From Agromyces sp. (GTDB lineage Bacteria; Actinomycetota; Actinomycetes; Actinomycetales; Microbacteriaceae), in NCBI GenBank assembly GCA_035698465.1, contig DASSBT010000031.1:1-51104 (forward strand): a DNA stretch of 51,104 bases, written 5' to 3'. Below the pieces are notes generated by a model, which was not told the origin of the DNA, did no database searches, and saw only the letters and a program-made list of their open reading frames with translations. This document shows, one piece after another, positions 36,844-48,244 of this stretch; within the stretch, counting starts at the first letter, position 1; each line of letters begins with the position of its first letter. Both the position numbers and the translations under genes were made by a program.

Positions 36844-39210
36844 ATGACGCCTGATCGCCACGCGCGCACCATGCTGCCGATCCCGGATCGCCCGTCGCCG
36901 GGTCTCACGACCTACGATGCGAAGGACCCCGACACCGCGTACCCGCCGATCGAGCCGCTGCGGCCGCCAGAGGGCGCTCCGAACGTGCTGATCGTGCTGC
37001 TCGACGACGTCGGTTTCGGTGCGTCCAGCGCCTTCGGCGGCCCGTGCGCGACGCCCAATGCCGAGAAGCTCGCGGCAGGTGGGCTGAAGTACAACCGATT
37101 CCACACCACCGCGCTCTGTGCGCCGACACGTGCGGCGATGCTGAGCGGGCGCAACCACCACTCGGTCGGCATGGGCAGCATCACCGAGACCGCCACGTCG
37201 GCTCCCGGCAACAGCTCGCTGAAGCCGAATACCAAGGCGCCCCTGCCGATGACCCTGAAGCTCAACGGGTACTCGACGGCGCAGTTCGGCAAGTGCCACG
37301 AGGTGCCGGTGTGGCAGTCGTCGCCGATGGGGCCGTTCGACGCGTGGCCCTCCGGCGGCGGCGGTTTCGAGACCTTCTACGGATTCATCGGCGGCGAGAA
37401 CAACCAGTGGGATCCGGCACTCTACGAGGGCACCACCCCGGTCGAGCCGCCGGCGACGCCCGAAGAGGGGTATCACCTCACCGAGGACCTCGCCGACCAC
37501 GCGGTCAGCTGGATCCGCACGCAGAAGGCGCTCATGCCCGATAAGCCGTTCTTCGTGTACTTCGCGCCCGGTGCGACGCACGCGCCGCACCACGTGCCGC
37601 CCGAGTGGCCCGAGAAATACAAGGGCATGTTCGCCGACGGCTGGGACGCGCAGCGGGAGAAGACCTTCGCGCGGCAGAAGGAGCTCGGGATCATCCCCGC
37701 CGACGCCGAACTCACCCCGCGTCACGACGCGATCCCCGCGTGGGACGACATGCCCGACGAGCTGAAGCCGGTGCTCGAACGCGAGATGGAGGTCTACGCG
37801 GGCTTCCTCGAGCACACCGACCACCACGTCGGGCGGGTGATCGACGCGATCGACGACCTCGGCGTGCTCGACAACACGATCATCTACTACATCATCGGCG
37901 ACAACGGGGCATCCGCCGAGGGCACCGTCAACGGCGCCTTCAATGAGATGGCGAACTTCAACGGCATGGCGGCACTCGAGACCCCGGAGTTCATGGCCTC
38001 GAAGATGGACGAGTTCGGATCGCCCAGCTCGTACAACCACTACGCGGTGGGCTGGGCGTGGGCGATGGACACCCCGTTCCAGTGGACGAAGCAGGTCGCC
38101 TCGCACTGGGGCGGCACCCGCAACGGCACCATCGTGCACTGGCCGAACGGCATCACCGAGAAGGGCGGCCTTCGGTCGCAGTTCACGCACTGCATCGACG
38201 TGGCGCCCACGATCCTCGAGGCTGCGGGGCTGCCCGAACCGACCATGGTGAACGGCGTGATGCAGTCGCCCATGGAGGGCACGAGCATGCTGTACAGCTT
38301 CAACGAACCGGATGCCGCAGAACGCCATGACCTGCAGTACTTCGAGATGTTCGGCAACCGCGGCGTCTACCACAAGGGCTGGAGCGCGGTCACCAAGCAC
38401 CGTACGCCGTGGCTGCTCACCGAGGCGGACATTCCGGCATTCGACGACGACGTGTGGGAGCTCTACGACGGCAGCGGCGACTACAGCCAGGCGCGCGACC
38501 TCTCGGCGGAGCATCCCGAGAGGCTGCACGTGCTGCAGCGGCTCTGGCTGATCGAAGCGGTCAAGTACAACGTGCTGCCGATCGACGACCGCACCGGCGA
38601 GCGGCTGAACCCCGACCTGGCGGGAAGGCCGACCCTCGTGCGCGGAACCTCCCAGCTGCTCTTCGCCGGCATGGGCCGGCTCTCGGAGAACAGCGTGGTG
38701 AGCATCAAGAACAAGTCGTTCTCGGTCACCGCAGAGCTCGAGATTCCCGACAACGGCGCGAACGGCGTGATCATCGCACAGGGCGGTCGCTTCGGCGGGT
38801 GGAGCGTCTTCGTCAGTGGCGGGAAGGCGAAGTTCGTCTACAACGTGCTCGGCATCCAGTCGTTCGCGATCGAGGCCGAGCGGCCGATTCCCTCCGGCAC
38901 CCACCAAGTGCGCATGGAGTTCGCCTACGACGGCGGTGGCCTCGCAAAGGGCGGCGACGTCACGCTGTACTACGACGGCGAACAGGTGGGCAGCGGCAGG
39001 GTCGGAGCCACTCAGCCGATGGTCTTCTCCGCCGACGAGACCACCGACGTCGGCTACGAGTCGGGCACCCCGGTCAGTTCCGATTACACGCCGCAGTCGA
39101 GTCGGTTCACCGGGAAGATCAACTGGGTGCAGATCGACACGGGCGACGACGACCATGATCACCTGATCGATCCCGATGAGCGGCTGCGCATCGCGATGGC
39201 AAGGCAGTAG
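36844..39210 (+). CDS. Arylsulfatase (Cys-type, formylglycine-dependent)
   Basis: PNVLIVLLDDVG, ALCAPTRAAMLSGR (CxPxR), FGKCH, GDNG; GGAGG RBS. Confidence 0.93.
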   Translation: MTPDRHARTMLPIPDRPSPGLTTYDAKDPDTAYPPIEPLRPPEGAPNVLIVLLDDVGFGASSAFGGPCATPNAEKLAAGGLKYNRFHTTALCAPTRAAMLSGRNHHSVGMGSITETATSAPGNSSLKPNTKAPLPMTLKLNGYSTAQFGKCHEVPVWQSSPMGPFDAWPSGGGGFETFYGFIGGENNQWDPALYEGTTPVEPPATPEEGYHLTEDLADHAVSWIRTQKALMPDKPFFVYFAPGATHAPHHVPPEWPEKYKGMFADGWDAQREKTFARQKELGIIPADAELTPRHDAIPAWDDMPDELKPVLEREMEVYAGFLEHTDHHVGRVIDAIDDLGVLDNTIIYYIIGDNGASAEGTVNGAFNEMANFNGMAALETPEFMASKMDEFGSPSSYNHYAVGWAWAMDTPFQWTKQVASHWGGTRNGTIVHWPNGITEKGGLRSQFTHCIDVAPTILEAAGLPEPTMVNGVMQSPMEGTSMLYSFNEPDAAERHDLQYFEMFGNRGVYHKGWSAVTKHRTPWLLTEADIPAFDDDVWELYDGSGDYSQARDLSAEHPERLHVLQRLWLIEAVKYNVLPIDDRTGERLNPDLAGRPTLVRGTSQLLFAGMGRLSENSVVSIKNKSFSVTAELEIPDNGANGVIIAQGGRFGGWSVFVSGGKAKFVYNVLGIQSFAIEAERPIPSGTHQVRMEFAYDGGGLAKGGDVTLYYDGEQVGSGRVGATQPMVFSADETTDVGYESGTPVSSDYTPQSSRFTGKINWVQIDTGDDDHDHLIDPDERLRIAMARQ

Positions 39211-39235
39211 GTTCGAGAAAAGGGGAGGAACACTC

Positions 39236-39664
39236 ATGACGGAATTCGAGTACGGTCCGGTCGAGCTCTATGTCGTCGGCTTCGCGGGCGACCGCCCAGA
39301 CGACGGCACGCTCGAGGCGATCGGTGAGCTCATCGAGGGCGGTGAGATCCGCCTGCTCGACCTACTGGTGGTCTCCCGCCACGAAGACGGCGGCGTGTTC
39401 GTCACCGAATTCGAAGACGTGAGCGAGGGGTACGGGTTCGGGTCGGTCGAGCTCGAGGCAGTCGGGCTCGTCGCCGACGATGACGCGAAGGAGCTCGCCC
39501 AGGGCATTCCGCCGGGCACGTCGGGCGCGATCCTCGCGATCGAGTTGCTGTGGGCCAAGCACCTCGCGTCGCGATTCGCCGCCTCAGGGGGAGTGGTACT
39601 GCAGACCGAACGTATTCCCGCGCCCGTCGTGAACGCGGCGCTGGCCGAAGCAGAAGTGGAGTAG
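39236..39664 (+). CDS. DUF6325-like protein
   Basis: YGPVELYVVGF, GEIRLLD, PGTSGAILAIELLWA, ERIP; paralog of 35175-35633. Confidence 0.8.
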   Translation: MTEFEYGPVELYVVGFAGDRPDDGTLEAIGELIEGGEIRLLDLLVVSRHEDGGVFVTEFEDVSEGYGFGSVELEAVGLVADDDAKELAQGIPPGTSGAILAIELLWAKHLASRFAASGGVVLQTERIPAPVVNAALAEAEVE

Positions 39665-39667
39665 AAG

Positions 39668-40018
39668 ATGCCGTTCAGAAGAATGGGCCGCCCGGGACTG
39701 ATCGGGATGGCCGCACGCACCGCCGTCGTCGCCGGCACCGCCACCGCCGTGAGCGGCGGCATGCAGCGCCGCCAGCAGGAGAAGGCGGACCAGCAGTACG
39801 AGGCGCAGCAGTACGAGGCGCAACAGCAGCAGGCGCAGATGGATGCCGCGGCCGCACAGGCCGTGGCGGCCCAGCAGGCCGCTGCACCCGCAGCGCCTGC
39901 CGCGCCGGCGGGAGGCGTCGACGTGGTGGCCGAGTTGCAGAAGCTGGCTGGGCTGCGCGAGCAGGGCATCCTCACCGATGACGAGTTCGCGGCAGCGAAG
40001 TCCAAGCTGCTCGGTTGA
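39668..40018 (+). CDS. SHOCT domain protein
   Basis: RPGLIGMAARTAVVAGTATAV, Gln/Ala linker, ELQKLAGLREQGILTDDEFAAAKSKLL. Confidence 0.85.
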   Translation: MPFRRMGRPGLIGMAARTAVVAGTATAVSGGMQRRQQEKADQQYEAQQYEAQQQQAQMDAAAAQAVAAQQAAAPAAPAAPAGGVDVVAELQKLAGLREQGILTDDEFAAAKSKLLG

Positions 40019-40116
40019 CGTCCGGCGACCGAGAACACGGCCATCAGACCCCGGTACACCGCGAATTCACAGGCCAGCACCTGTCGCGGCATCCGTCGCC
40101 GTGCCTAGGGTGAGGC

Positions 40117-41259
40117 ATGACCATCTCGCTCAGGGGGATCTCAACGGCGGTGCCGTCGACCGTGCTCATCCAGGATGAGGTGCGCGACGTCTTCGCTTCG
40201 CAACCCGGATTGAACCGGCTCGCGCAGCGCATCGTCTCGACGTCGTTCAACGTGTCGGGCATCGACACCCGACACACGGTGCTCGAAGAGCTGAGTCGCG
40301 ATGCGCACCCCGACGTGCCGGTCTTCTTCGACATCGACAGCGGTGAGCTGCTGCTGCCCGGAACCAAGGCACGCAACGAGATCTACGCCGAGCAGGCCAC
40401 CTCGCTCTACGTCGAGGCGGGCCGCGCGGCGATCGCGGCGACGCCAGGCATCGAGGCATCCGATGTCACGCATGTCGTGACCGTCTCGTGCACCGGGTTC
40501 TACGCGCCCGGCCCCGACTTCATGGTCGCGCGCGAACTCGGGCTGAACGCCGGCGTCGAGCGGTACCACCTCGGATTCATGGGCTGCTACGCCGCCATTC
40601 CCGCCCTGCGCATCGCCAAGCAGTTGTGCGAAGCGGATGCCGCAGCGGTCGTGCTCGTCATCAGCGTCGAGCTCTGCACGCTGCACCTTCGCACGTCGAA
40701 CGACCCCGACACGATCGTGGCGTCGTCGTTGTTCGCCGACGGCGCGGCATCCGGAATCGTCACCGCCCGCCCGCCCGCCGAGGGAGAGCGGGCGTTCGAC
40801 CTCGACCGCTTCGCGACGCGAATCACGCCGACGGGTGAGGGCGACATGGCGTGGAAGATCGGCGACCACGGCTTCGAGATGGTGCTCTCGAACGCGATCC
40901 CGGCGATCATCGACGAGCACATCACGGGTGCGATCGAGCCGCTGGTCGACCATGACCCTGCACTGACGGATGCGCTGGCGACGGATGCCGCGGGCGACGC
41001 GATCGCGCACTGGGCGATCCATCCCGGGGGGCGCAGCATCCTCGACAAGGTCGAGTCGCGTCTGAAGCTCACCGAGGCACAGCTCGTGCCCGCCCGCGAG
41101 ACCCTGCGCGACTTCGGCAACATGTCGAGCGCGACGGTGATGTTCGTGCTGCGCAACATCCTCGACTCGGATGCCGCTGCCGACGGCGACCGGGTCGCCG
41201 CGATGGCGTTCGGCCCAGGGCTCACGGTCGAGTCGGCGCTCTTGACCGTGCGAGCCTGA
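40117..41259 (+). CDS. Type III polyketide synthase
   Basis: VSCTG; Cys-His-Asn triad in GFMGCYAA, WAIHPGG and FGNMSS; AFGPGLTVE. Confidence 0.95.
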   Translation: MTISLRGISTAVPSTVLIQDEVRDVFASQPGLNRLAQRIVSTSFNVSGIDTRHTVLEELSRDAHPDVPVFFDIDSGELLLPGTKARNEIYAEQATSLYVEAGRAAIAATPGIEASDVTHVVTVSCTGFYAPGPDFMVARELGLNAGVERYHLGFMGCYAAIPALRIAKQLCEADAAAVVLVISVELCTLHLRTSNDPDTIVASSLFADGAASGIVTARPPAEGERAFDLDRFATRITPTGEGDMAWKIGDHGFEMVLSNAIPAIIDEHITGAIEPLVDHDPALTDALATDAAGDAIAHWAIHPGGRSILDKVESRLKLTEAQLVPARETLRDFGNMSSATVMFVLRNILDSDAAADGDRVAAMAFGPGLTVESALLTVRA

Positions 41260-41260
41260 G

Positions 41261-41308
41261 GTGCCCGTTCCCGTGCGCGTGCGCGTGCCCGTGCCCGTTC
41301 CCGTTCCC
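41261..41308. repeat. Eight tandem hexamers (GTKCSC)
   Basis: GTGCCC GTTCCC GTGCGC GTGCGC GTGCCC GTGCCC GTTCCC GTTCCC. Confidence 0.85.
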
Positions 41309-41319
41309 GTGGAACAACG

Positions 41320-42033
41320 ATGAGGTGGCTGGAGGCGCGCGACGCCGACGCCGTCGAGCTCATGGACGCACCTGATGCCGACCTCGCGACGCCCGAGCGC
41401 ACGTACGATCGGTTCCGGCTCGTGAACGCGGTGGTGTCGAACCAGCGCGCGGTGTACACGCGGTGGATCCGGCCGCGCCTCTCGACGACGGTGACCCGGC
41501 GGGTGCTCGACATCGGCACCGGCGGGGCCGACCTGCCGCGGGCACTGCTCAGGTGGGCGCGCGCCGACCATCTTCGCCTCGAGGTGACCGCGATCGACCC
41601 CGATTCGCGCGCGCTCGACTGGGCGCTCGCGCAACCGGCAGAGCAGGGCCTCGTGCTGCGGCGCGTGATGAGCCGAGAACTCGCCGAAGCCGGTGAGCGG
41701 TTCGAGGTGGTGACGTCGAACCACGTGCTGCACCACCTCGACGGGCGGGAGTTCGGGGCGCTGCTCGCCGACTCCGAGCGGCTCGCGGCGGGCGGCGGGG
41801 TCGCGGTGCACGGCGACATCGAGCGGAGCCGGCTGGGCTACCTGGGGTTCTGGCTCGGCACCCTGCCGTTCGCGCGCAACCTGCTCGCGGGGTCGTACAT
41901 TCGCGCCGATGGGCTCACGTCGATCCGGCGTAGTCACACCGCGGAGGAGCTCGCGGCCGTGCTGCCCACGGAGTGGCGCGTGCGCCGCGGGTTTCCGTCG
42001 AGGCTCGAGGTGGTGTGGGGGGCGGATGCCTGA
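41320..42033 (+). CDS. Class I SAM-dependent methyltransferase
   Basis: ELMD, VLDIGTGGAD, SNHVLHHL, DGLTSIRRS. Confidence 0.88.
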   Translation: MRWLEARDADAVELMDAPDADLATPERTYDRFRLVNAVVSNQRAVYTRWIRPRLSTTVTRRVLDIGTGGADLPRALLRWARADHLRLEVTAIDPDSRALDWALAQPAEQGLVLRRVMSRELAEAGERFEVVTSNHVLHHLDGREFGALLADSERLAAGGGVAVHGDIERSRLGYLGFWLGTLPFARNLLAGSYIRADGLTSIRRSHTAEELAAVLPTEWRVRRGFPSRLEVVWGADA

Positions 42034-43210
42034 GCCGGTCGATCCCAGTCCCGACGCGCCCGACGCGCTCGACGCACCCGACGCGCGCCACGACGTCGTC
42101 ATCGTCGGTGGCGGACCGGTGGGCCTGCTGCTCGGATGCCTCCTCGCCCGCCGCGGCCGCGACGTCGTCGTGCTCGAGCGGCGCACGAACCGCTCGGGCC
42201 GTTCGCGTGCGATCGGCATCCACCCGCCTGGCCTGCGCGCGCTCGCCGCGGTCGGCCTCGACGACGAGGTGCGCCGCCGCGCCGCCCCGATCACGGGCGG
42301 ACGTGTCACGTGCGAGGGCCGAGTGCTCGGCGCCATGTCGTTCGCCCGCGCCGGCACGGTGCTCTCGTTGCCGCAGCTCGAGACCGAGGACCTGCTCGAG
42401 CGGCGCCTCGAGGAGCTGCGCCCCGGTGGCCTGCGTCGCGGGGTCGAGGTGCACGCCATCCACGACCGCGGCACGCACGTCGAGGTCACGGGTGACGCGG
42501 GCGGCGAGCCCGTGTCGGTGAGTGCGTGGTACGCGGTGGGTGCCGACGGGGTGCGCAGCGGCATCCGGGACCAACTCGGCATCGGCTGGATCGAGCGGCG
42601 CGGTCGCGCCCACTACGTGATGGCCGACACGCGCGACGACACGGGTGAGCCCGAGCATGCGCTGCTGCACTTCGAGCCCGCGGGCGTGGTCGAGTCGTTC
42701 CCGATGCCGGGCGCGATGCGGCGCTGGGTCGCGTGGGTGCGGCGCCCGCTGGCCGAACCGACACCCGCGGCGCTCGCCACGATCGTGCGGTCGCGCACCG
42801 GTGGCGCGTTCGATCCGGATGCCGCGGAGGCGCCGAGCGCGTTCGAGGCCAGGCAACACCTCGCCGAGCGGATGTCGCAGGGCCGCGTCGCGCTCGCCGG
42901 AGATGCCGCGCATGAGATCAGCCCGATCGGCGGGCAGGGCATGAACCTCGGCTGGCTCGACGCGCTGCGCCTCGATCACGAGCTCGCGGCCGCCCTGAAG
43001 GTGGGGGCGCCGTTCGAGGCATTCGATACGTACGACCAGGTGCGGCGCGCCTCGGCCGCACGCGCTATCCGCCAGGCGGCGTTCAACATGACGATGGGCG
43101 CGCCTGCGGCAGGCCTGCGCCTGCGAGTGCGCAACGCGGCCGTGCGCGTGCTCGGGGTACCGCCGCTGCGCGGCCTGCTCGCGCGGGCCTTCACGATGCG
43201 TTGGCTGTAG
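42026..43210 (+). CDS. FAD-dependent monooxygenase (aromatic hydroxylase type)
   Basis: VIVGGGPVG, VGADG, LAGDAAH..SPIGGQGMNLG. Confidence 0.9.
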   Translation: MPEPVDPSPDAPDALDAPDARHDVVIVGGGPVGLLLGCLLARRGRDVVVLERRTNRSGRSRAIGIHPPGLRALAAVGLDDEVRRRAAPITGGRVTCEGRVLGAMSFARAGTVLSLPQLETEDLLERRLEELRPGGLRRGVEVHAIHDRGTHVEVTGDAGGEPVSVSAWYAVGADGVRSGIRDQLGIGWIERRGRAHYVMADTRDDTGEPEHALLHFEPAGVVESFPMPGAMRRWVAWVRRPLAEPTPAALATIVRSRTGGAFDPDAAEAPSAFEARQHLAERMSQGRVALAGDAAHEISPIGGQGMNLGWLDALRLDHELAAALKVGAPFEAFDTYDQVRRASAARAIRQAAFNMTMGAPAAGLRLRVRNAAVRVLGVPPLRGLLARAFTMRWL

Positions 43211-43226
43211 CCCAGTGGCTCGGGGC

Positions 43227-43667
43227 TCAGGCCGCGATGCGAGTGAGCAGGAACACCGGGATGAGTCGGTCGGTCTTCTCCTGGTACCCGTCGTACGCGG
43301 GCCAGGTCTCGTTCGCCCGCCGCCACCAGGTCTCGCGCTCCTCGCCCTCGAGTTCGCGCGCCAGGTAGTCGTGCTTCTCTGCCCCGTCCTGCAGTTCGAC
43401 ACGCGGGTGCTTCGTGAGGTTCCAATACCAGACCGGATGCGTCGGCTGCCCGCCCCTCGACGCGACGACCGCGTACTCGCCGTCGTGTTCGACCCGCATG
43501 AGCGCGGTCTTCCGCAGCTTGCCGGTCTTCGCTCCGACCGAGGTCAGCACGATGATCGGCCGCCCGCGCAGCAGGTTCGCCTCCTGGCCGTTCGTCGCCT
43601 CGAACGTCTCGGCCTGCTTGCGCGCCCAGCCCGACGTGCTCGGTTCGTACACTCCCTCGAGCGGCAT
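43227..43667 (-). CDS. Deazaflavin-dependent nitroreductase (Ddn-like) family oxidoreductase
   Basis: [43 protein letters not shown]. Confidence 0.88.
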   Translation of the reverse strand: MPLEGVYEPSTSGWARKQAETFEATNGQEANLLRGRPIIVLTSVGAKTGKLRKTALMRVEHDGEYAVVASRGGQPTHPVWYWNLTKHPRVELQDGAEKHDYLARELEGEERETWWRRANETWPAYDGYQEKTDRLIPVFLLTRIAA

Positions 43668-43911
43668 GCGCCCTCCTTCTCATGGTGTCCTCCTCAACCA
43701 CAACACGAATCGAATGGGCGGGCATTCCCGTCCCCCTGATCGCATGACAATGACGAGTTCGACGACATGACACCGATCGTCGGCGACGCGTGCGCCGCGG
43801 AGCTCGAGGGCCTGTTCGCGAGCTGATGGCTTGCGTCCTCCACTCTTGTGCGTGAGCCGCAAGCGGTGCAGTGTCGTAAGTGATCGATGTCATCAGCAGG
43901 GGGAGTGGCCA

Positions 43912-45780
43912 ATGGCGCAGTCGGCAAGCGAATCCGTCCAATCGGCGAACCGGGCGTTGCTCGGTTCTCTGCCGTTCGACGACGTTCAAGATGCGGATGA
44001 CGCCGACCGCGGATTCCTCGGGGCGCTCGAGCCGGCGGTCATCCACGCAGCTGACGGCCGCGTGGTGTGGGATGCCGGTGCGTACGGGTTCCTGGCGGGG
44101 GAGGCACCGCCGACGGTGAACCCGAGCCTGTGGCGGCAGTCGCAACTCGTCGCCAGGCAGGGCCTCTACGAGGTGACGCCCGGCATCTACCAGGCGCGCG
44201 GCCTCGACCTCTCGAACATCACCTTCGTCGAGGGTGACACGGGCGTGATCGTCATCGACCCGCTCATCTCGACCGAGACGGCCGCCGCCGCGCTCGGCCT
44301 GTACCGTGCGCATCGAGGTGACCGGCCGGTGGTTGCCGTCATCCACACCCACAGTCATGTCGATCACTTCGGCGGCGTGTTCGGCGTGGCATCCGTCGAC
44401 GACGTCGAAGCCGGCAAGATCGCCGTGATCGCGCCAGAGGGCTTCGTCGAGCACGCGGTGGCCGAGAACGTCTATGCGGGGCCCGCCATGGCCCGCCGCG
44501 CGGGCTACATGTACGGCGCAGCGCTGGCGAAGGGTCCGCAGGGGCAGGTCGGTGCGGGGCTCGGGCAGTCGACCTCGAGCGGTGAGGTCGGGCTGATCGT
44601 GCCCACCCTCGAGATCCGCGAGACCGGTGAGACGCACACGATCGACGGTCTCGAGATCGAATTCCAGATGGCGCCGGGCACCGAAGCGCCGGCCGAGATG
44701 CACTTCTACTTCCCGCGGTATCGAGCGCTGTGCATGGCCGAGAACGCGACGCACACCCTGCACAACCTGCTCACCCTGCGCGGTGCGCTCGTTCGCGACC
44801 CGCACATCTGGGCGACGTACCTCACCGAGGCGATCGAGACGTTCGCAGGTCGAGCGGATGTCGCATTCGCCTCGCACCACTGGCCGACCTGGGGCACCGA
44901 GCGCATCGCCACCTTCCTCTCGACCCAGCGCGACCTGTACGCCTACCTGCACGACCAGACCCTGCGGATGCTCAACCAGGGCCTCACGGGCGCCGAGATC
45001 GCCGAGGTCATCCAGCTTCCCCCCGCACTCGAGCAGGCGTGGAACGCGCGCGGATACTACGGTTCGGTCAGCCACAACGTGAAGGCGATCTACCAGCGCT
45101 ACATGGGATGGTTCGACGGCAACCCAGCTCGGCTGTGGCCGCATCCGCCCGCCGAGCTCGCCACGCGGTACGTCGCCGTGCTCGGTGGCGTCGACGCGGT
45201 GGTGCAACTCGCCCGCACGGCCTACGACGAGGGCGACCTGCGCTGGGCGGCCACGCTGCTCGATCACGCCGTCTTCGCGTCGCCCGATCACGCCGATGCA
45301 CGGACGCTCTACGCGGACACGCTCGAACAGCTCGCCTACGGCGCGGAGAACGGCACATGGCGCAACTTCTTCCTCTCGGGAGCGACCGAACTGCGCGAGG
45401 GCAACTTCGGGACGCCGACGCAGACGTCATCTTCGTCGATCCTCGGCCAGCTCACGCCGACGCAGCTGCTCGACGCGATCGCCATCTCGGTCGACGGGCC
45501 CAAGGCGTGGGACCTCGATCTCGCATTCGACCTCACGTTCACCGATCTCGAACAGAACTTCCGGATCACCCTGCGCAACGGCGTGCTCGTGTATGTCGAG
45601 CGGGCCGCGGCATCCGATGCTCCGCTCACCGTTCGGCTCGCGAAGGCGCGCATGATCGCGATGCTCGGGGGTGACACGACGAGCCCGGGGCTCGAGCTCG
45701 AGGGTGACCCAGGAGTGCTGCAGTCCCTGCTCGGAGTGCTGGTGCAGGGCGATCCCGCGTTCGACATCGTCGTTCCGTAG
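43912..45780 (+). CDS. Alkyl/aryl sulfatase (SdsA/BDS1-like metallo-beta-lactamase fold)
   Basis: TVNPSLWRQSQL, HTHSHVDHFGG, HNLLTLRGA, SHHWP, C-terminal SCP2-like region ending FDIVVP. Confidence 0.92.
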   Translation: MAQSASESVQSANRALLGSLPFDDVQDADDADRGFLGALEPAVIHAADGRVVWDAGAYGFLAGEAPPTVNPSLWRQSQLVARQGLYEVTPGIYQARGLDLSNITFVEGDTGVIVIDPLISTETAAAALGLYRAHRGDRPVVAVIHTHSHVDHFGGVFGVASVDDVEAGKIAVIAPEGFVEHAVAENVYAGPAMARRAGYMYGAALAKGPQGQVGAGLGQSTSSGEVGLIVPTLEIRETGETHTIDGLEIEFQMAPGTEAPAEMHFYFPRYRALCMAENATHTLHNLLTLRGALVRDPHIWATYLTEAIETFAGRADVAFASHHWPTWGTERIATFLSTQRDLYAYLHDQTLRMLNQGLTGAEIAEVIQLPPALEQAWNARGYYGSVSHNVKAIYQRYMGWFDGNPARLWPHPPAELATRYVAVLGGVDAVVQLARTAYDEGDLRWAATLLDHAVFASPDHADARTLYADTLEQLAYGAENGTWRNFFLSGATELREGNFGTPTQTSSSSILGQLTPTQLLDAIAISVDGPKAWDLDLAFDLTFTDLEQNFRITLRNGVLVYVERAAASDAPLTVRLAKARMIAMLGGDTTSPGLELEGDPGVLQSLLGVLVQGDPAFDIVVP

Positions 45781-45806
45781 GGGTTCGGCGCCGCTCGAAC
45801 ATGCTC

Positions 45807-45832
45807 GGAATACGCGTCTGTTCGGCAAAGTT
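45807..45832 (+). promoter_or_regulatory. SigH/SigR-type ECF promoter for clpB
   Basis: GGAA-N19-GTT, with the -10 overlapping the HAIR. Confidence 0.6.
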
Positions 45833-45850
45833 GAGTTTGGTAGACTCAAG
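45830..45850. promoter_or_regulatory. HAIR operator upstream of clpB
   Basis: GTTGAGT-TTGGTAG-ACTCAAG. Confidence 0.9.
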
Positions 45851-45888
45851 TTTGACAAAGGGGCTGTGTTTCCCGGAAAGGATTGCCC

Positions 45889-48135
<2,247 letters not shown>

Positions 48136-48158
48136 GTCGCGGCACCCTGTCACACCGT

Positions 48159-48216
48159 GTTTCCGTTCGCGCGTTGCGTCGCTGTCCCAGCGAGCGCACC
48201 GCGCGCGAACGGAAAC
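48159..48216. terminator. Hairpin between the convergent clpB and MFS genes; same family as 7328-7387
   Basis: Perfect 15-bp arms GTTTCCGTTCGCGCG/CGCGCGAACGGAAAC. Confidence 0.65.
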
Positions 48217-48244
48217 CTCGGCCGGGTGCCGCGGCGCGGGCAGG

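Noticed and set aside
17700-40020. Accessory cluster as a mobile genomic island or prophage
   Set aside because: No integrase, transposase, tRNA target, att repeats or phage genes are visible, and the host GGATGCC signature persists inside it
43731-43747. Degenerate box TCCCCC-TGATC-GCATGA upstream of the nitroreductase gene
   Set aside because: Two mismatches and no xANNNT hexamer at the 22-23 nt spacing in either direction
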